Origin: an uncultured delta proteobacterium
Lineage (GTDB): Bacteria > Desulfobacterota > Binatia > UBA9968
NCBI GenBank assembly: GCA_963771465.1
Contig: CAVYTU010000017.1
Coordinates: 256,001 to 320,000, forward strand
Reading direction: 5' to 3'
DNA length: 64,000 nt
Shown here: piece after piece, positions 19,156-28,406 of the stretch
Layout: every line of letters begins with the position of its first letter
How positions within the stretch are numbered: position 1 is the stretch's first letter
Program-made: the position numbers and the translations under genes
The notes under the pieces: generated by a model
Databases searched by the model: none
What the model was told of the DNA's origin: nothing
The model's input: the letters and a program-made list of their open reading frames with translations, nothing else

Positions 19156-20555
19156 ACGACGGCAGCGAAAATATTCAAGCCACCGGATGGCGTCGATGGC
19201 TGCGCTACCGCCCGAGCGAAACTCGCCATATCTTTGCTTTGGTCGCTTTCGGAATCGGATTTTTATTTGCCGTGGTCTACGTCATCAACTGGTGGATTAC
19301 AGCGATGAATACCGTATCCACGGATGAGGCTCGCGTGACCGCCTCCTATGCAACGATCAGCTCCGAAGTAGCGGGTAAGATCATCAAGTTTCCCGTCGAA
19401 GAAGGGGACGTCGTGCGCCAGGGCGACCTGTTGGTTGGCATCGACAAGGATGAATATCAGAGCGCACTGGATGATGCCGAAGTGGAATTGAAACGCGCCA
19501 CGGCCAACTACGAGGAAACCAAGCTCCAGCTCAAGGGAATAACCGCGGCGGTGGGCAGCGAAATCAGCCGTGCCGAGGCAGGACTCGAAGGCGCCGGCAC
19601 CCTGCTCAAGGAAAAAATACGCTTGCACGAACTCGCCAAGGTCGTCGGCAAATCGCAGATCGAACAGTCAGAGGCAGGCGTTAGAGTCGCCGATTCCAAT
19701 CTGGCGCGAGCGGAAGTCGACTTGAAAAAGGCCGGACTCGATCTGGAGCGCGCCAAATCGCTTTTCGATAAGCATTTTATTGCCGCCAAGGACCTTGACG
19801 ATGCGCGCACCGCCTACGACAGCGCGCGCGCCACCGTCGACATGCGCCGGGCAGAACTACAGCAGCTGAAGGCCGACTTGCAGATGGCGCAGGTTTCCAA
19901 GCTGAATAATTTTCGCGACGACGCGCCGCTGGCGGAAGTGCGCACCCTAACGGCCAAGTCCGACATTCGCAAGGCGGATGCCGATTTGCGTTTGGCGCGC
20001 GCCCGTCTGGCTGAAGTGGAAGCCTTTAAGGCGCGTCTCGAGTCGCAGGAATCGATGATCCATCAGCTCAAATTAAAAGTGCAGACTCACAAGCGCCATC
20101 TCGAAAGCGCCACCGTCACCAGTCCCGTAAACGGTGTGGTGGTGCGCAAGACGGCCAACGTCGGCGACATCATGCAGCGCGGCCAGCCGTTTCTGAAGAT
20201 TATCATCCGCGACACGCTGGTGGTGCGCGCCAACGTTCGTGAGACCTATGTGCGCTATATCGGCCAGGGCAATACCGTCGACATCTACATCGACGCCTAT
20301 CCCAATCGTCTATTCACCGGAAAAGTTAAATTGATCGGCGACAGCACCGATTCGGAGTTTGCCCTATTTAAACCCGGTGGGCCATATTCCCGTTTGGAAC
20401 AGATGATTCCCGTCGAGATATCGCTAGAAGGCGATTCCAACAATCGCGAACTGAGGCCCGGCATGAATGCCTCTGTCTATATTAGGCGCAATACGGCGCT
20501 CGTCGCCGCGTCCAGCAATGTGAAACAACACGAGCGCGGACAATCTAGGCAGTAG
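19152..20555 (+). CDS. HlyD/EmrA family membrane fusion protein
   Basis: N-terminal TM, VSTDEA, lipoyl-like VEEGDVVRQGD and SPVNGVV halves, long coiled coil, LRPGMN. Confidence 0.9.
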   Translation: MNDGSENIQATGWRRWLRYRPSETRHIFALVAFGIGFLFAVVYVINWWITAMNTVSTDEARVTASYATISSEVAGKIIKFPVEEGDVVRQGDLLVGIDKDEYQSALDDAEVELKRATANYEETKLQLKGITAAVGSEISRAEAGLEGAGTLLKEKIRLHELAKVVGKSQIEQSEAGVRVADSNLARAEVDLKKAGLDLERAKSLFDKHFIAAKDLDDARTAYDSARATVDMRRAELQQLKADLQMAQVSKLNNFRDDAPLAEVRTLTAKSDIRKADADLRLARARLAEVEAFKARLESQESMIHQLKLKVQTHKRHLESATVTSPVNGVVVRKTANVGDIMQRGQPFLKIIIRDTLVVRANVRETYVRYIGQGNTVDIYIDAYPNRLFTGKVKLIGDSTDSEFALFKPGGPYSRLEQMIPVEISLEGDSNNRELRPGMNASVYIRRNTALVAASSNVKQHERGQSRQ

Positions 20556-20718
20556 TTTCGGGCATGGTATCTTTCCGCCTCGAGCGACAGTTTGGCAGTT
20601 GTCTTTATTCCACTTCGGTTTGTCCAGGTTTGATTCAATAAGCGGTTGATTGGTGAAGATTGTCTGTACTATGATGACGTGAGTCGAGCGGGACCGAAAA
20701 AAATCTTAGGAGGAATCC

Positions 20719-21204
20719 ATGGAAGCAGCAGCAAAAGCGAAAACCAGCGAGGCGCCGAAAGCGCAGTTGTTCTCACTCAAGACCCCGTACATGCAACAAG
20801 GCCGGGTGACACAGACGGTGGCGAAGACAGACAATATGTGGATCGCGGTGAAGATCAACGCCGAAGGCGGTGAAAATGAAATTCACACTCACTTGAACCA
20901 AGACCACGCGTTTATCGTATTGGAAGGCGAGATGAGCGTCTTCGACGAGAACGACGTTGAGATCAAAGTGAAACCCATGCAAGGGATCAACCTGCCGAAG
21001 GGTGCTTACTATCGTTATCTTAATACCGGCGAGGGAAACTTGGTCGTGTTGCGCTTCGGCGCGTACACTCCAGACCGGCCGTCAAAGGGCGAAGCGGTGC
21101 GGCTCATGCCCGACGGCACGCCAATCCTCGGCGGATCGGAGGAGAATCATTCGCTGCCGCCCATCGAAATGCCCGGCAAATTCTTCGCCGAAACGGCGGG
21201 ATAA
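20719..21204 (+). CDS. Cupin domain protein
   Basis: GENEIHTHLNQDHAFIVLEGE and LPKGAYY cupin motifs. SD AGGAGG. Confidence 0.85.
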   Translation: MEAAAKAKTSEAPKAQLFSLKTPYMQQGRVTQTVAKTDNMWIAVKINAEGGENEIHTHLNQDHAFIVLEGEMSVFDENDVEIKVKPMQGINLPKGAYYRYLNTGEGNLVVLRFGAYTPDRPSKGEAVRLMPDGTPILGGSEENHSLPPIEMPGKFFAETAG

Positions 21205-21224
21205 TAATTTCCAGCTCTCTTGTT

Positions 21225-21270
21225 AGTCCCCTGCTCCGCGCTAAATAGATTAAGCGCGGAGCAGGGGATT
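21225..21270 (+). terminator. 18-bp hairpin after the cupin gene (terminator/REP-like, or 5' domain of the adjacent RNA element)
   Basis: AGTCCCCTGCTCCGCGCT-N10-AGCGCGGAGCAGGGGATT. No clear U-tract. Confidence 0.5.
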
Positions 21271-21274
21271 CAGC

Positions 21275-21534
21275 GTATTGTCGAGCGCCTCGTAGCCTTT
21301 GTCCCGACAAAGTAGACGGGACGAGCCGGCAACCTGACAATGCCGTGGTCGACGACGCAATCCCATCAAAGCGCCGTGTTTCATTTCACGAGAAAGCTGC
21401 GACTAAAGGTCGTAAGGAAATGACATTTCGAACCGCCGTTTAGCTTGGCCAGGCCGTGCAAATATGACGTGCCTGGTTAGTTAGATGGCCGCGCTGGGAC
21501 GCTAGCCTCGTTACAATTCCATGAGATCCGAGGA
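21275..21534 (+). ncRNA. Candidate structured cis-regulatory RNA (unknown family)
   Basis: Seven or more helices found by eye, many closed with G-U pairs on the + strand only. Terminal CCUCG/CGAGG helix covers the SD of gene 21544. Confidence 0.5.
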
Positions 21535-21543
21535 AACTTTCCG

Positions 21544-22566
21544 ATGAACGGTATGGCTATTTTCTTTATCGCGGTGGCGTTGCTGAGCCAGGGATTCGCC
21601 GCGTGGGCGCAAGATCATACGAGCAAGCTGGTGGAGGGCGCCAGAAAGGAAGGGAAACTAGTCGTCTATACATCGATGAATCAGCGCGATGCGTCGCTGC
21701 TGGTTCAGGATTTCAAGAAGCGCTATCCATTTATCGATGGCCAAATCTTTCGCGCCAACTCGCAAAAGCTCTTGCCACGCATCGAAACCGAAGCGCGCGC
21801 CAAGAAATACCAAGCCGATGTTTTCACCGCTTCCTTCCCAATCTGGCCGGAACTGATCAGACAGAAGCTGGTTTTGCCTTATCAATCGCCGGAAAGCCTG
21901 CGCTATCCTAAAGAACTAAAAGACCCGAACGGCTACTGGACGATACTCTATTTGCAGGTCATGGGCATGGCTTATAACACCCGACTGATCCCGGCCGGCA
22001 GCGCGCCGAAGCGGTACGAAGATCTTTTGAGCCCGCGTTGGAAGAAGCAGGAAATCGGCATGGATTATCGGGACAACACTTGGTTCGCGGTGATGATGGA
22101 GATCATGGGAGAGAGCGAAGGTTTGAATTTCATGAAACGGCTGGCGGCCAAGGATCTTTACATGCGGGAGAACAAAAGTTTGTTGACCCAGCTTATGGCG
22201 GCAGGCGAGTTCCTCATTCTGACCAACACTTACGTTGATACGGCAGCCGAGTACATCAAATCCGGAGCGCCCATCGCCTGGTTGCCGGGACGGGATCCCG
22301 TGCCGGCGTCGACTCATCTTTTGGGCATCCACGCCTTTGCGCAAAATCCCAACGCCTCCAGATTATTTGTCGACTTTCTATTGTCGCGAGACGGACAAAA
22401 AGCCTTAAGCGGCGGCGCTGTGGCGAAGTTTCCGGCCAATCCCGAGGTCGACTCGGATTTAAAGGCGATGGTCAAAGGGCACAAGCTGCATCCCATCGAC
22501 CCCACCATGGCGTCGAAATTTGATCGATTGACCAAGAACTATGAAGAAATTTTTTGGAAAAAGTAG
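21544..22566 (+). CDS. ABC transporter substrate-binding protein (SBP_bac_6/Fe3+-like)
   Basis: Signal peptide, GARKEGKLVVYTS, AYNTRLI, AQNPNASRLFVDFLLSRDGQ. Confidence 0.85.
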   Translation: MNGMAIFFIAVALLSQGFAAWAQDHTSKLVEGARKEGKLVVYTSMNQRDASLLVQDFKKRYPFIDGQIFRANSQKLLPRIETEARAKKYQADVFTASFPIWPELIRQKLVLPYQSPESLRYPKELKDPNGYWTILYLQVMGMAYNTRLIPAGSAPKRYEDLLSPRWKKQEIGMDYRDNTWFAVMMEIMGESEGLNFMKRLAAKDLYMRENKSLLTQLMAAGEFLILTNTYVDTAAEYIKSGAPIAWLPGRDPVPASTHLLGIHAFAQNPNASRLFVDFLLSRDGQKALSGGAVAKFPANPEVDSDLKAMVKGHKLHPIDPTMASKFDRLTKNYEEIFWKK

Positions 22567-22743
22567 TTTGAATCGAGAGCGTCCGGCGATTCTCTAAGAA
22601 AATGTTTAGGATAAATGCAATTTGTCCAATAGATATTGAACGCGTGCCTGATAGTTTGCGAGCGCTTGCAGTCGGAGCTAACGGCGGCTTTTGTAGCATA
22701 AATTATTTCAGCACGCCAAGAGTCCTATCGAGAGGAGACCGGA

Positions 22744-23628
22744 ATGACCTACAAAGACACAATCATTGATGACTTGCTCGTCGGTTCGATCGATCTTCAT
22801 GTTCATGTTGGTCCGGACCCGTCGCACCGTGCCGGCGGAACGCGCCGCTACGATGTGGCGCAGGTGGGAGAAATGGCTAAAGCCGCGGGACAACCGGCGG
22901 TCGCTTGTAAGAGCCACCAACAAGTAACCGCGTCTTTGGCCAGCCTGGCAAGCCGCATGGTGTCCGGCGTTACGCTCCTTGGCGGCATTACGCTCAACAA
23001 AACCGTCGGCGGATTGAATCCCCACGCGGTGCGAATGGCCGGGGAACTCGGCGCGCGCATCCTCTGGTTTCCCACCCATCACGCCGCGCATCATAACAGC
23101 ACGCTCGTCGAAGGCGGCGGCGGCGACGATAAGGGCATTCGCGTTCTTGATGATGAAGGCAAGCTGCTTCCCGAAGTTCATGAAATTCTCGATTTGGTCT
23201 CGCGTTACGACATGCTTCTCGGCACGGGCCACGTCTCGTTTCCAGAGGCTAAGGCGATCGTCGAGGCGGCGCGGGCAAAGGGTATTAAACGGATCATCGC
23301 CAATCACCCGTTATCGAAAAATTCTTGCCGCTACACGGTCGCGGAGGCCAAACAGCTGGCAGATCTCGGCGCGACTGTCGAGATGACTTTCGTCTCGATG
23401 ATGCCTTTCACTCGCGCCAAGACCTCCACTCCGAGAGAAACCGTCGAGGCGATCCGGGAAATCGGCGCCGAGCGGTGTATCATCAGCACCGACTTTGGCG
23501 CCTATGCGACACCGCCGCCACCGGAAGGCTTGCGCATGTTTATCGCGACTTTATTGAATCACGGCATGGCGCCGGAAGAAGTTGATTGCATGGCGCGCCG
23601 CAACCCGACCCAATTGGCGGCGCTATAA
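22744..23628 (+). CDS. Amidohydrolase-fold protein (DUF6282-like)
   Basis: IDLHVH metal motif, KSH, TGH, NHP, STDFG, RRNP end. Confidence 0.8.
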   Translation: MTYKDTIIDDLLVGSIDLHVHVGPDPSHRAGGTRRYDVAQVGEMAKAAGQPAVACKSHQQVTASLASLASRMVSGVTLLGGITLNKTVGGLNPHAVRMAGELGARILWFPTHHAAHHNSTLVEGGGGDDKGIRVLDDEGKLLPEVHEILDLVSRYDMLLGTGHVSFPEAKAIVEAARAKGIKRIIANHPLSKNSCRYTVAEAKQLADLGATVEMTFVSMMPFTRAKTSTPRETVEAIREIGAERCIISTDFGAYATPPPPEGLRMFIATLLNHGMAPEEVDCMARRNPTQLAAL

Positions 23629-23881
23629 TCCACGGCGAAAATTTGAGCCTCTAGATATTCCAATTCGAGCGCATCTGGATTCACGATTCACGCAACCAAG
23701 GGAAAGACTCGTTTTCATCACCCGCTTGAGAAAAAGCATCGCATTCGCGGGCTCAGGCTTAAGGACTGTCGCTAGTTCAAGATTCAAATATGGCAGGCCT
23801 TGGGCTGACGGTGGAGACCATCAGCCTGTGCCGGCGACTTTTTAGTTGCTACTGGGTCCAGGAAAGACTAGGGTCATATCT

Positions 23882-24130
23882 ATGAAATCGAATACTGAAG
23901 ATCGGCAACGATACAAAATTACCGATTCGCATCGCAATCAGACCTTCGTCGGGACGCTGCGCCGAGATCCCGACACTTATTGTTGGACCTGGAAAGGTCA
24001 CATCGATTTTACTGACGGGCATAATTTTTCTTTCGCCAGCCAACGCAGTTTCTCCACCAAACTCGAGGCCGAAGACTATATGCGGCGATTCGCCCGTGAC
24101 CGCATTGACAATCGGCTGAGCTCAAACTAG
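23882..24130 (+). CDS. Hypothetical protein (82 aa)
   Basis: Protein-like beta-strand-rich ORF (WTWKGHIDF...F.TKLEAEDY). No family recognised. Confidence 0.6.
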   Translation: MKSNTEDRQRYKITDSHRNQTFVGTLRRDPDTYCWTWKGHIDFTDGHNFSFASQRSFSTKLEAEDYMRRFARDRIDNRLSSN

Positions 24131-24328
24131 CGAGCCGACCCGCCATGCGGGCGCACTTCTCGTCCTAGGCCGGACCGCGGCGGTCGTGTTATTGCCGCTT
24201 TTTGGCGCGACTATAATTCTTTTCTAAATTGTTCACTATTAGACAGTAATTGTCCTCAATGCTGTCTAGCTTGGAATTGCGCGGATTGTTTCTGTCGCCC
24301 TCGTTAGAGGCGGAAGAAGGATGTTTAC

Positions 24329-24649
24329 ATGGCTTTTTATGCCGTTGATGTGCGCGATCGGGTGATTCAAAGGGTGACGCAGCAATATAGGGGAGCGGAC
24401 AACGCGCGCTATTTTTTGATCGAGGCCGGTTCGGCGAAATTAGCGTGGGCCAAAGCGATGCGTGCATCCGATACGCCGGGCAGTGCCGAATGTGATTCCT
24501 GCGGTCATCATTACTGCTATGCGTGTGCAGACTGCTCGTTATCGCAGCGCTACTCGGACTACTGGATTTGTCACAGTTGCGGAGCGCTGACTCCGCGCAG
24601 TCAAAAATTTAAATTAACGGAGGTGTCGTATGGATTGGGACAAAGTTAA
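24329..24649 (+). CDS. Hypothetical Cys-rich (metal-binding) protein
   Basis: SD AAGGA. C-terminal CxxC-HH-CxxCxxC-x11-CxxC. Confidence 0.65.
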   Translation: MAFYAVDVRDRVIQRVTQQYRGADNARYFLIEAGSAKLAWAKAMRASDTPGSAECDSCGHHYCYACADCSLSQRYSDYWICHSCGALTPRSQKFKLTEVSYGLGQS

Positions 24650-24980
24650 ACTAGGATGCTGGAGCGGCGTCGGCGGTGCGATTCTGGCGGCGATCATCGG
24701 CTTCAACTGGGGCGGCTGGGTGACCAGTAGTACCGCGGAAGTTATGGCCAAGGAGATCGCTGAAAACGCGGTCGCCAAGCGCTTCACGCCGGCCTGCATC
24801 GCGCGCTTCAACCAGGATGCGAAAAAGGAGCAGAAATTCAAAGAATTCAAAGCCAAGGATTCTTGGGATGGACAGAAGTTCGTCGAGGAGCAGGGCTGGG
24901 CAACCCTACCTGGTGAAGAGCGACCCGATAGCAAGGTTGCCGAGGGTTGTGCCAAACAGCTGATGGAAGCCAGCAAGTAG
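24630..24980 (+). CDS. Hypothetical membrane-anchored protein
   Basis: SD GGAGG. TM helix GAILAAIIGFNWGGWVT, with paired Cys in the soluble part. Confidence 0.75.
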   Translation: MDWDKVKLGCWSGVGGAILAAIIGFNWGGWVTSSTAEVMAKEIAENAVAKRFTPACIARFNQDAKKEQKFKEFKAKDSWDGQKFVEEQGWATLPGEERPDSKVAEGCAKQLMEASK

Positions 24981-25123
24981 CGCCGCCGGCGGGAGTTTCT
25001 GGCAACGCTCGTGAGCGTCAAATCAGTCGGAGCTGTCAAGCTAGCTGACTAGGCCGGAGCCTGTGGTTTTTGACTGTCACAGTCATGGTGCCCGCTGGGC
25101 CAACGGTGCGAGAGGAGCTGATC

Positions 25124-25234
25124 ATGGGAGATAAAGGCAAAAAAGATAAAGACAAGAACCAGAAGCAGAAACAGAAAAAGCTAAACCAAGCAGCAAAGAT
25201 CGCTTTGGACAAACAACCTGTAAAACTCGCGTAA
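25124..25234 (+). CDS. Lys-rich microprotein (36 aa, not in the ORF track)
   Basis: SD GAGGAG followed by MGDKGKKDKDKNQKQKQKKLNQAAKIALDKQPVKLA*. Confidence 0.6.
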   Translation: MGDKGKKDKDKNQKQKQKKLNQAAKIALDKQPVKLA

Positions 25235-25477
25235 TAAAATCCACCCTGCGCGATGAGCCGTTCACACGAGCGGCCGCTCCGACCGGTGCCAAGTCGCGCC
25301 CCATCATAAGGATTGAGCGGAGCGATCAAACAAACCAACCCGCTTCACTGGCAGGAGCTGCCACGCCAGCGATTTGACAATGCGCAGTTTACCGACCGCT
25401 TTGGAAACGCGACGAAATGTTCTACTCTGCAACCAGCCCAGTTACGAACTCAGCCGATTAACTCCCGCAGAGGCGAA

Positions 25478-25861
25478 ATGAACGCAACTCAAGCCTGGAA
25501 AATTCAGCAAATTATTTCAGCACAACCCGGTTGGAAAGCCATGTATTGCCAAAGATCGAACAATAGCGAAGTAAGAATTTCCAACCGGGTGATCATCTGC
25601 TGGGCGCTGGTGGAAACCGTGGGAGCCGATGCGCCGCCGCGAACCGAAGTGCGAGGCGTCGTGCAAGATTCAAATCGCCTGATTGTTGTCGGGAATTCAA
25701 CTGTCGCGGACATGACGACCAACGGCGATAGCGCCGAGAACCAATATTTTCTTGGCTACAACGATCCGGACGCGCACAAAGAGTCGGACTATTGGATCGA
25801 TCACGCCCGCGCGCGGCTTAGGATCGAGCAGAGCAAAACCGCTGAGCAGAAAAGCGGATAG
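25478..25861 (+). CDS. Hypothetical protein
   Basis: GAGG SD before ATG 25478. IISAQPGWKAMY...IICWALVE...FLGY looks globular. Confidence 0.65.
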   Translation: MNATQAWKIQQIISAQPGWKAMYCQRSNNSEVRISNRVIICWALVETVGADAPPRTEVRGVVQDSNRLIVVGNSTVADMTTNGDSAENQYFLGYNDPDAHKESDYWIDHARARLRIEQSKTAEQKSG

Positions 25862-26120
25862 ATTTGCCGCGCCGACATTCGCGCGCCGTCTGGACAATTC
25901 AACCCGTGAGCTTCGATGGAAAAATCACCGGGGTATCTTTATGCTAGCCATCTGATATAGTGCTGGGAACAAATACTGACCTAACGTCCAAATAGAATAC
26001 ACTCGGTTTGACTTTTTCCGAGTCTCGAAGAGGCGGTCCACAGGGTGCCGCTTCTTTGCGTTTCTGGGCCGGAAAAAAATTCGGCACCTCAGGCGCGAGC
26101 GCCGGCGAGGAGAACCTTTC

Positions 26121-28406
26121 ATGGAACTCAAACTTAGCCATTCCGCAATCAAACGTATTGCCTTCATCGGTAATTACTTGCCGCGCCAATGCGGCATTGC
26201 AACGTTTACCACAGACCTGTGCGAGGCCATCGCCGCTGGACATAGTGACACAACGTGTATTGCCGTGCCGGTCAATGACATCGAAAGCGGCTACGCCTAT
26301 CCGGCGCGAGTTCGTTTTGAACTGACCGAGAAAGACCTTGAGTCTTATCGACGCGCCGCCGACTTCTTGAATATCAACAGCGTGGATCTCGTCTGTCTGC
26401 AATTTGAATATGGCATCTTTGGCGGGCGCGCCGGCAGCCACATCCTGGCTCTCTTGCGCGATCTGCGCGTGCCCGTGGTGACTACCCTGCACACGATTCT
26501 ACGCGATCCCGACGCGCACCAACGCAGGGTTTTGATGGAGGTTGCCGGTTTGTCGGATCGCTTGGTGGTCATGAGCAAGCGTGGCGTGGAGTTTCTCAAA
26601 GAGATTTATAATGTAGCGCCTGAAAAGATCGATCTGATCCCGCATGGCATCCCCGATCTGCCTTTCGTCGATCCGAGTTTTCACAAAGACCTGTTTGGCG
26701 TCGAAGGCAAAATCGTCTTGCTCAGTTTCGGCTTGTTGTCGGCGAACAAGGGGATCGAAAATGTCATCTCCGCTCTTCCCGCCATTCTGGCCAAGCATCC
26801 CAACGTGGTCTACTTCATCGTTGGCGCGACCCATCCGCACGTGCTGCGCCATGACGGCGAAACCTATCGGTTCTCGCTGCAATGGTTAGCTCAAGAGAAC
26901 GGCGTCGAAGGTCAGGTAATTTTCTACAACCGCTTTGTCAGTTTGGAAGAACTCGTGGAGTTCATCGGTGCGGCGGATATTTATATCACGCCCTATTTGA
27001 ATCCGGCGCAGATTGTCTCGGGAACGTTGGCCTATACGTTGGGGGCTGGCAAAGCAGTGATCTCGACACCCTATTGGTATGCCGAAGAGATGTTGGCTGA
27101 GGAGCGCGGAGCGCTCGTGCCGTTTCGTGATCCGGCGGCGTTGGCCGAGCAAGTGATCGATCTGTTGGACAACGAGGCCAAGCGCCACGGCATGCGCAAG
27201 CGCGCCTATTTATTTGGCCGGGAGATGATCTGGCCACAGGTCGCGCGCCGCTACATGGAGAGTTTTCAGCGCGCCCGAGCTGAACGGCGGCACTTCACTC
27301 ATCCCGGTTTTGTCGTCAAAGCGCTGGACAAACGTCCGGTCGAGTTGCCCCCTCTCAAACTCGATCACTTGCGCCGCATGACGGACGATACCGGTATGTT
27401 TCAACATGCCATTTTCACCGTGCCCAACTATCACGAGGGATATACTATCGATGACAATGCGCGCGCTCTGACAGTCAGCACACTTTTGGAAGAGCTCGGC
27501 AGTGAAGAGACCGCTGATCTAATGTCACGCTATTTTGGCTTCGTCTGGTACGCATTCAATGCGAAGACCGGACGCTTCCGAAATTTCATGAACTATCAGC
27601 GCGCTTGGCTGGAGGAGAACGGTTCTGACGACAGCCACGGGCGCGCGTTGTGGGCGTTGGGCACCGTGTTGGGCCATTCCAACACACCAGCGCTGCAAAG
27701 TATGGCCGGCTGGGTATTCGAGAAGTCCTTGCCGGCGATACTCAAGACAACCAGTCCGCGGGCGTGGGCATTCGCGCTGATAGGTATCAATCAATATCTT
27801 CAGCGTTTTGCCGGTGACCGAACCATAGCTCAGGCTCGTGAAGTGTTGGCCGGGCGGTTACTTAAAATGTATCGCGAGAATCGAACAGGCGCATGGCGCT
27901 GGTTTGAAGATTCGCTGACCTATTGTAATGCCGCGCTGCCCCACGCGTTGCTCATGTGCGGTCACGGCATACCCAATAATGACATGACCGAAGCCGGATT
28001 GGAGTCGCTCAGTTGGCTGGCCGACTTACAACGCGCTGAAGAGGCCGGGGGCCATTTTGTGCCCATCGGCTCCAACGGTTTTTATCGACGCGGCGGTGTG
28101 CGTGCGCGCTTCGATCAACAACCGGTCGAAGCTCAGGCAATGGTATCGGCCTGCCTCGAAGCGCAGCGGATCACGGCAGACAAGAGCTGGTCCAAAGAAG
28201 CTCGCCGCGCCTTTGACTGGTTTCTCGGCCGCAATGACCTCGACCTGCCGATCTATGATCCGACAACCGGCGGTTGCCGAGATGGTTTGCATCCCGATCG
28301 CCCCAACGAAAATCAAGGTGCAGAATCTTCCCTCGCTTATCTTCAGGCGGTGCTAGAGCTGCGCTTGGCTGAAACAACATTGGCATCCGTAGAGACAGGA
28401 GCTTGA
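26121..28406 (+). CDS. Glycosyltransferase family 4 fused to a C-terminal (alpha/alpha)-barrel glycoside hydrolase-like domain
   Basis: PRQCGIATFT, IPHGIP, FGLLSANKG, SGTLAY, STPY (GT-B fold). C-terminal DDNARAL, DSHGRALWALG, FDQQPVEA, NQGAESS. Confidence 0.9.
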   Translation: MELKLSHSAIKRIAFIGNYLPRQCGIATFTTDLCEAIAAGHSDTTCIAVPVNDIESGYAYPARVRFELTEKDLESYRRAADFLNINSVDLVCLQFEYGIFGGRAGSHILALLRDLRVPVVTTLHTILRDPDAHQRRVLMEVAGLSDRLVVMSKRGVEFLKEIYNVAPEKIDLIPHGIPDLPFVDPSFHKDLFGVEGKIVLLSFGLLSANKGIENVISALPAILAKHPNVVYFIVGATHPHVLRHDGETYRFSLQWLAQENGVEGQVIFYNRFVSLEELVEFIGAADIYITPYLNPAQIVSGTLAYTLGAGKAVISTPYWYAEEMLAEERGALVPFRDPAALAEQVIDLLDNEAKRHGMRKRAYLFGREMIWPQVARRYMESFQRARAERRHFTHPGFVVKALDKRPVELPPLKLDHLRRMTDDTGMFQHAIFTVPNYHEGYTIDDNARALTVSTLLEELGSEETADLMSRYFGFVWYAFNAKTGRFRNFMNYQRAWLEENGSDDSHGRALWALGTVLGHSNTPALQSMAGWVFEKSLPAILKTTSPRAWAFALIGINQYLQRFAGDRTIAQAREVLAGRLLKMYRENRTGAWRWFEDSLTYCNAALPHALLMCGHGIPNNDMTEAGLESLSWLADLQRAEEAGGHFVPIGSNGFYRRGGVRARFDQQPVEAQAMVSACLEAQRITADKSWSKEARRAFDWFLGRNDLDLPIYDPTTGGCRDGLHPDRPNENQGAESSLAYLQAVLELRLAETTLASVETGA

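Noticed and set aside
21275-21534. Cobalamin/TPP/FMN/SAM riboswitch or group II intron fragment
   Set aside because: The consensus motifs (B12 box, CUGAGA, AGGGCGGGG, AUCNAGAG, intron domain V) are not visible.
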